A model generated the notes under the pieces. The model was not told the DNA's origin and did not search any database. It saw only the letters and a program-made list of their open reading frames with translations. A DNA stretch of 64,000 nt, from IMG/VR virus record IMGVR_UViG_3300032226_000829. One strand, written 5' to 3'. Each line of letters opens with the position of its first letter. Within the stretch, counting starts at the first letter, position 1. Below are positions 62,912-64,000 of the stretch, one piece after another. This DNA is from a virus. Lineage: Duplodnaviria; Caudoviricetes. The position numbers and the translations under genes are program-made.

Positions 62912-64000
62912 TTAGTATATTTCTCTCCATTGAAAGTCTACCCACAGTTTAGCAGTTCCACCAATAGCCTTACCGCAGACTACATATATTTCGCTGTCTG
63001 TACTGTCTTGGTTTTGTGCAATAAAATTCTTTTTGGCATTACTAGGTTGGTTTACAGGTGCAGTTCCTGTACCTTTGGCTGAGCCCCCTGGACTGGTTGT
63101 ACCGACAATACCACCATCGATTCTATCACCACCTGTAAATGCAGTTGCATTCAAACTATATTCTACTGCTGAGTCTGCATCGGCAGAAGTCCAAGTGGGA
63201 CTTGATAATGTAATAGCACTTAAATCGCTCAATTTGTACAATGCCCAGTATGCTGGATAATCTTCGGCATAGACATTGATGTTGCCTGAACGCACCACAA
63301 CTCTGTTGGGATATCCTCTAAATGTGTTCTTTAATCTAATAGCCACAATAGGATACATACCATTAGCAACTGTAATAGACTGTGATGTTTGTCCAGAATC
63401 TATGCTAAAGTCTATACCACTTTCAACATATCCACCTTCCGATACCACTGTAGAACAGATTTGATCAAAGTATGCTCCTGCGGTAGCACCTGTATTTAAA
63501 ATTTCACAACGAACAGGTAAGTTCGGATTGCTCATATAAACTACAGGTAGATTGTTACTATTGTAGAACTCGTGTGCGACGATCATCTGTCCATCATGAA
63601 CAAATCCACAACGAACACGACCTACACCTAACCACTGAAAGTCTATCCAGAAAATTTGAGTTTTGGTAATGTCTAAATTGAACCCACTGGCTCCTGTGCC
63701 ATCACACTTATCTTTGTTCCAATCAGACTGAATCACTCTACGAGCATCACTGGCTGTACCGCTAGTGTCAGTTCTAATAACAAATGATAATACACCTGTT
63801 CCAATTTGTTCAAAGTAAATTCCATTTAAGTCATCATAGTAACCAGTGCGTTTAGTCACATTGGCAGTAGCACCATAAAAGTTAATAGTGCTTTTAATCA
63901 GTTGGCTTTTACCAGGCATGTAGTTGTGATACATTTTAGTCTGGTGAACTGCACGACTGCTGGAATTATTACTGGTAGCTAATCTTGCTGCAGCTTGATT
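62912..64000 (-). CDS. Probable virion structural (beta-sandwich) protein, 5' end outside the window
   Basis: Frame stays open to base 64000; YMPGKSQL, WIDFQWLGVGRVRCGF, NPNLPVRCEI motifs. Confidence 0.65.
   Translation of the reverse strand, partial: NQAAARLATSNNSSSRAVHQTKMYHNYMPGKSQLIKSTINFYGATANVTKRTGYYDDLNGIYFEQIGTGVLSFVIRTDTSGTASDARRVIQSDWNKDKCDGTGASGFNLDITKTQIFWIDFQWLGVGRVRCGFVHDGQMIVAHEFYNSNNLPVVYMSNPNLPVRCEILNTGATAGAYFDQICSTVVSEGGYVESGIDFSIDSGQTSQSITVANGMYPIVAIRLKNTFRGYPNRVVVRSGNINVYAEDYPAYWALYKLSDLSAITLSSPTWTSADADSAVEYSLNATAFTGGDRIDGGIVGTTSPGGSAKGTGTAPVNQPSNAKKNFIAQNQDSTDSEIYVVCGKAIGGTAKLWVDFQWREIY

Noticed and set aside
1-64000. Alternative genetic code, introns/inteins, integrase, rRNA or tmRNA
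   Set aside because: Known genes (dnaK, hemC/E/F, helicase, primase) are full length in code 11 without insertions; no suppressor tRNA, integrase, rRNA or tmRNA signature was recognised.

Overview
64 kb of a large, T4-like (gp55-type TATAAATA late promoters, gp61-like primase, gp41-like helicase) tailed phage genome; host-like genes (DnaK, HemC/E/F, DUF1178, SufE, BI-1) look alphaproteobacterial, so an SAR11-like or related aquatic alphaproteobacterial host is inferred. Layout: replication genes with an inserted carbamoyltransferase N-domain (1.3-4.9 kb); hemC; an unannotated metallothionein-like peptide; secreted polysaccharide deacetylase and nuclease; a curli-like operon (csgF, csgG, three curlin-repeat proteins, FecR) coupled to a CHASE2 adenylate cyclase (10.9-19.5 kb); a SleB-type cell wall hydrolase; two arrays of small early ORFs each headed by a repeated promoter cassette (21-29 kb, 44-47 kb); a repeat-rich non-coding region (28.7-30.2 kb); 10 tRNA genes; and an AMG-rich right arm (peroxiredoxin, porin, SufE, Cys-less QueF, hemE, hemF, nth, csp, dnaK, BI-1, AdoMetDC-like). 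The most striking feature is missing from the ORF track: a 149-nt RNase P RNA (39537-39685, minus strand). It keeps the full catalytic core (P1-P6, P15, P16, bulged-U P4, L15 GGU), lacks the whole specificity domain, P18 and P19, and sits 2 nt upstream of the first tRNA of the cluster. The same genome encodes tRNAs with rewired, covarying D/T-loop elbows, the structure the missing S-domain normally reads. All calls were made by eye from motifs; no database searches or folding programs were run.
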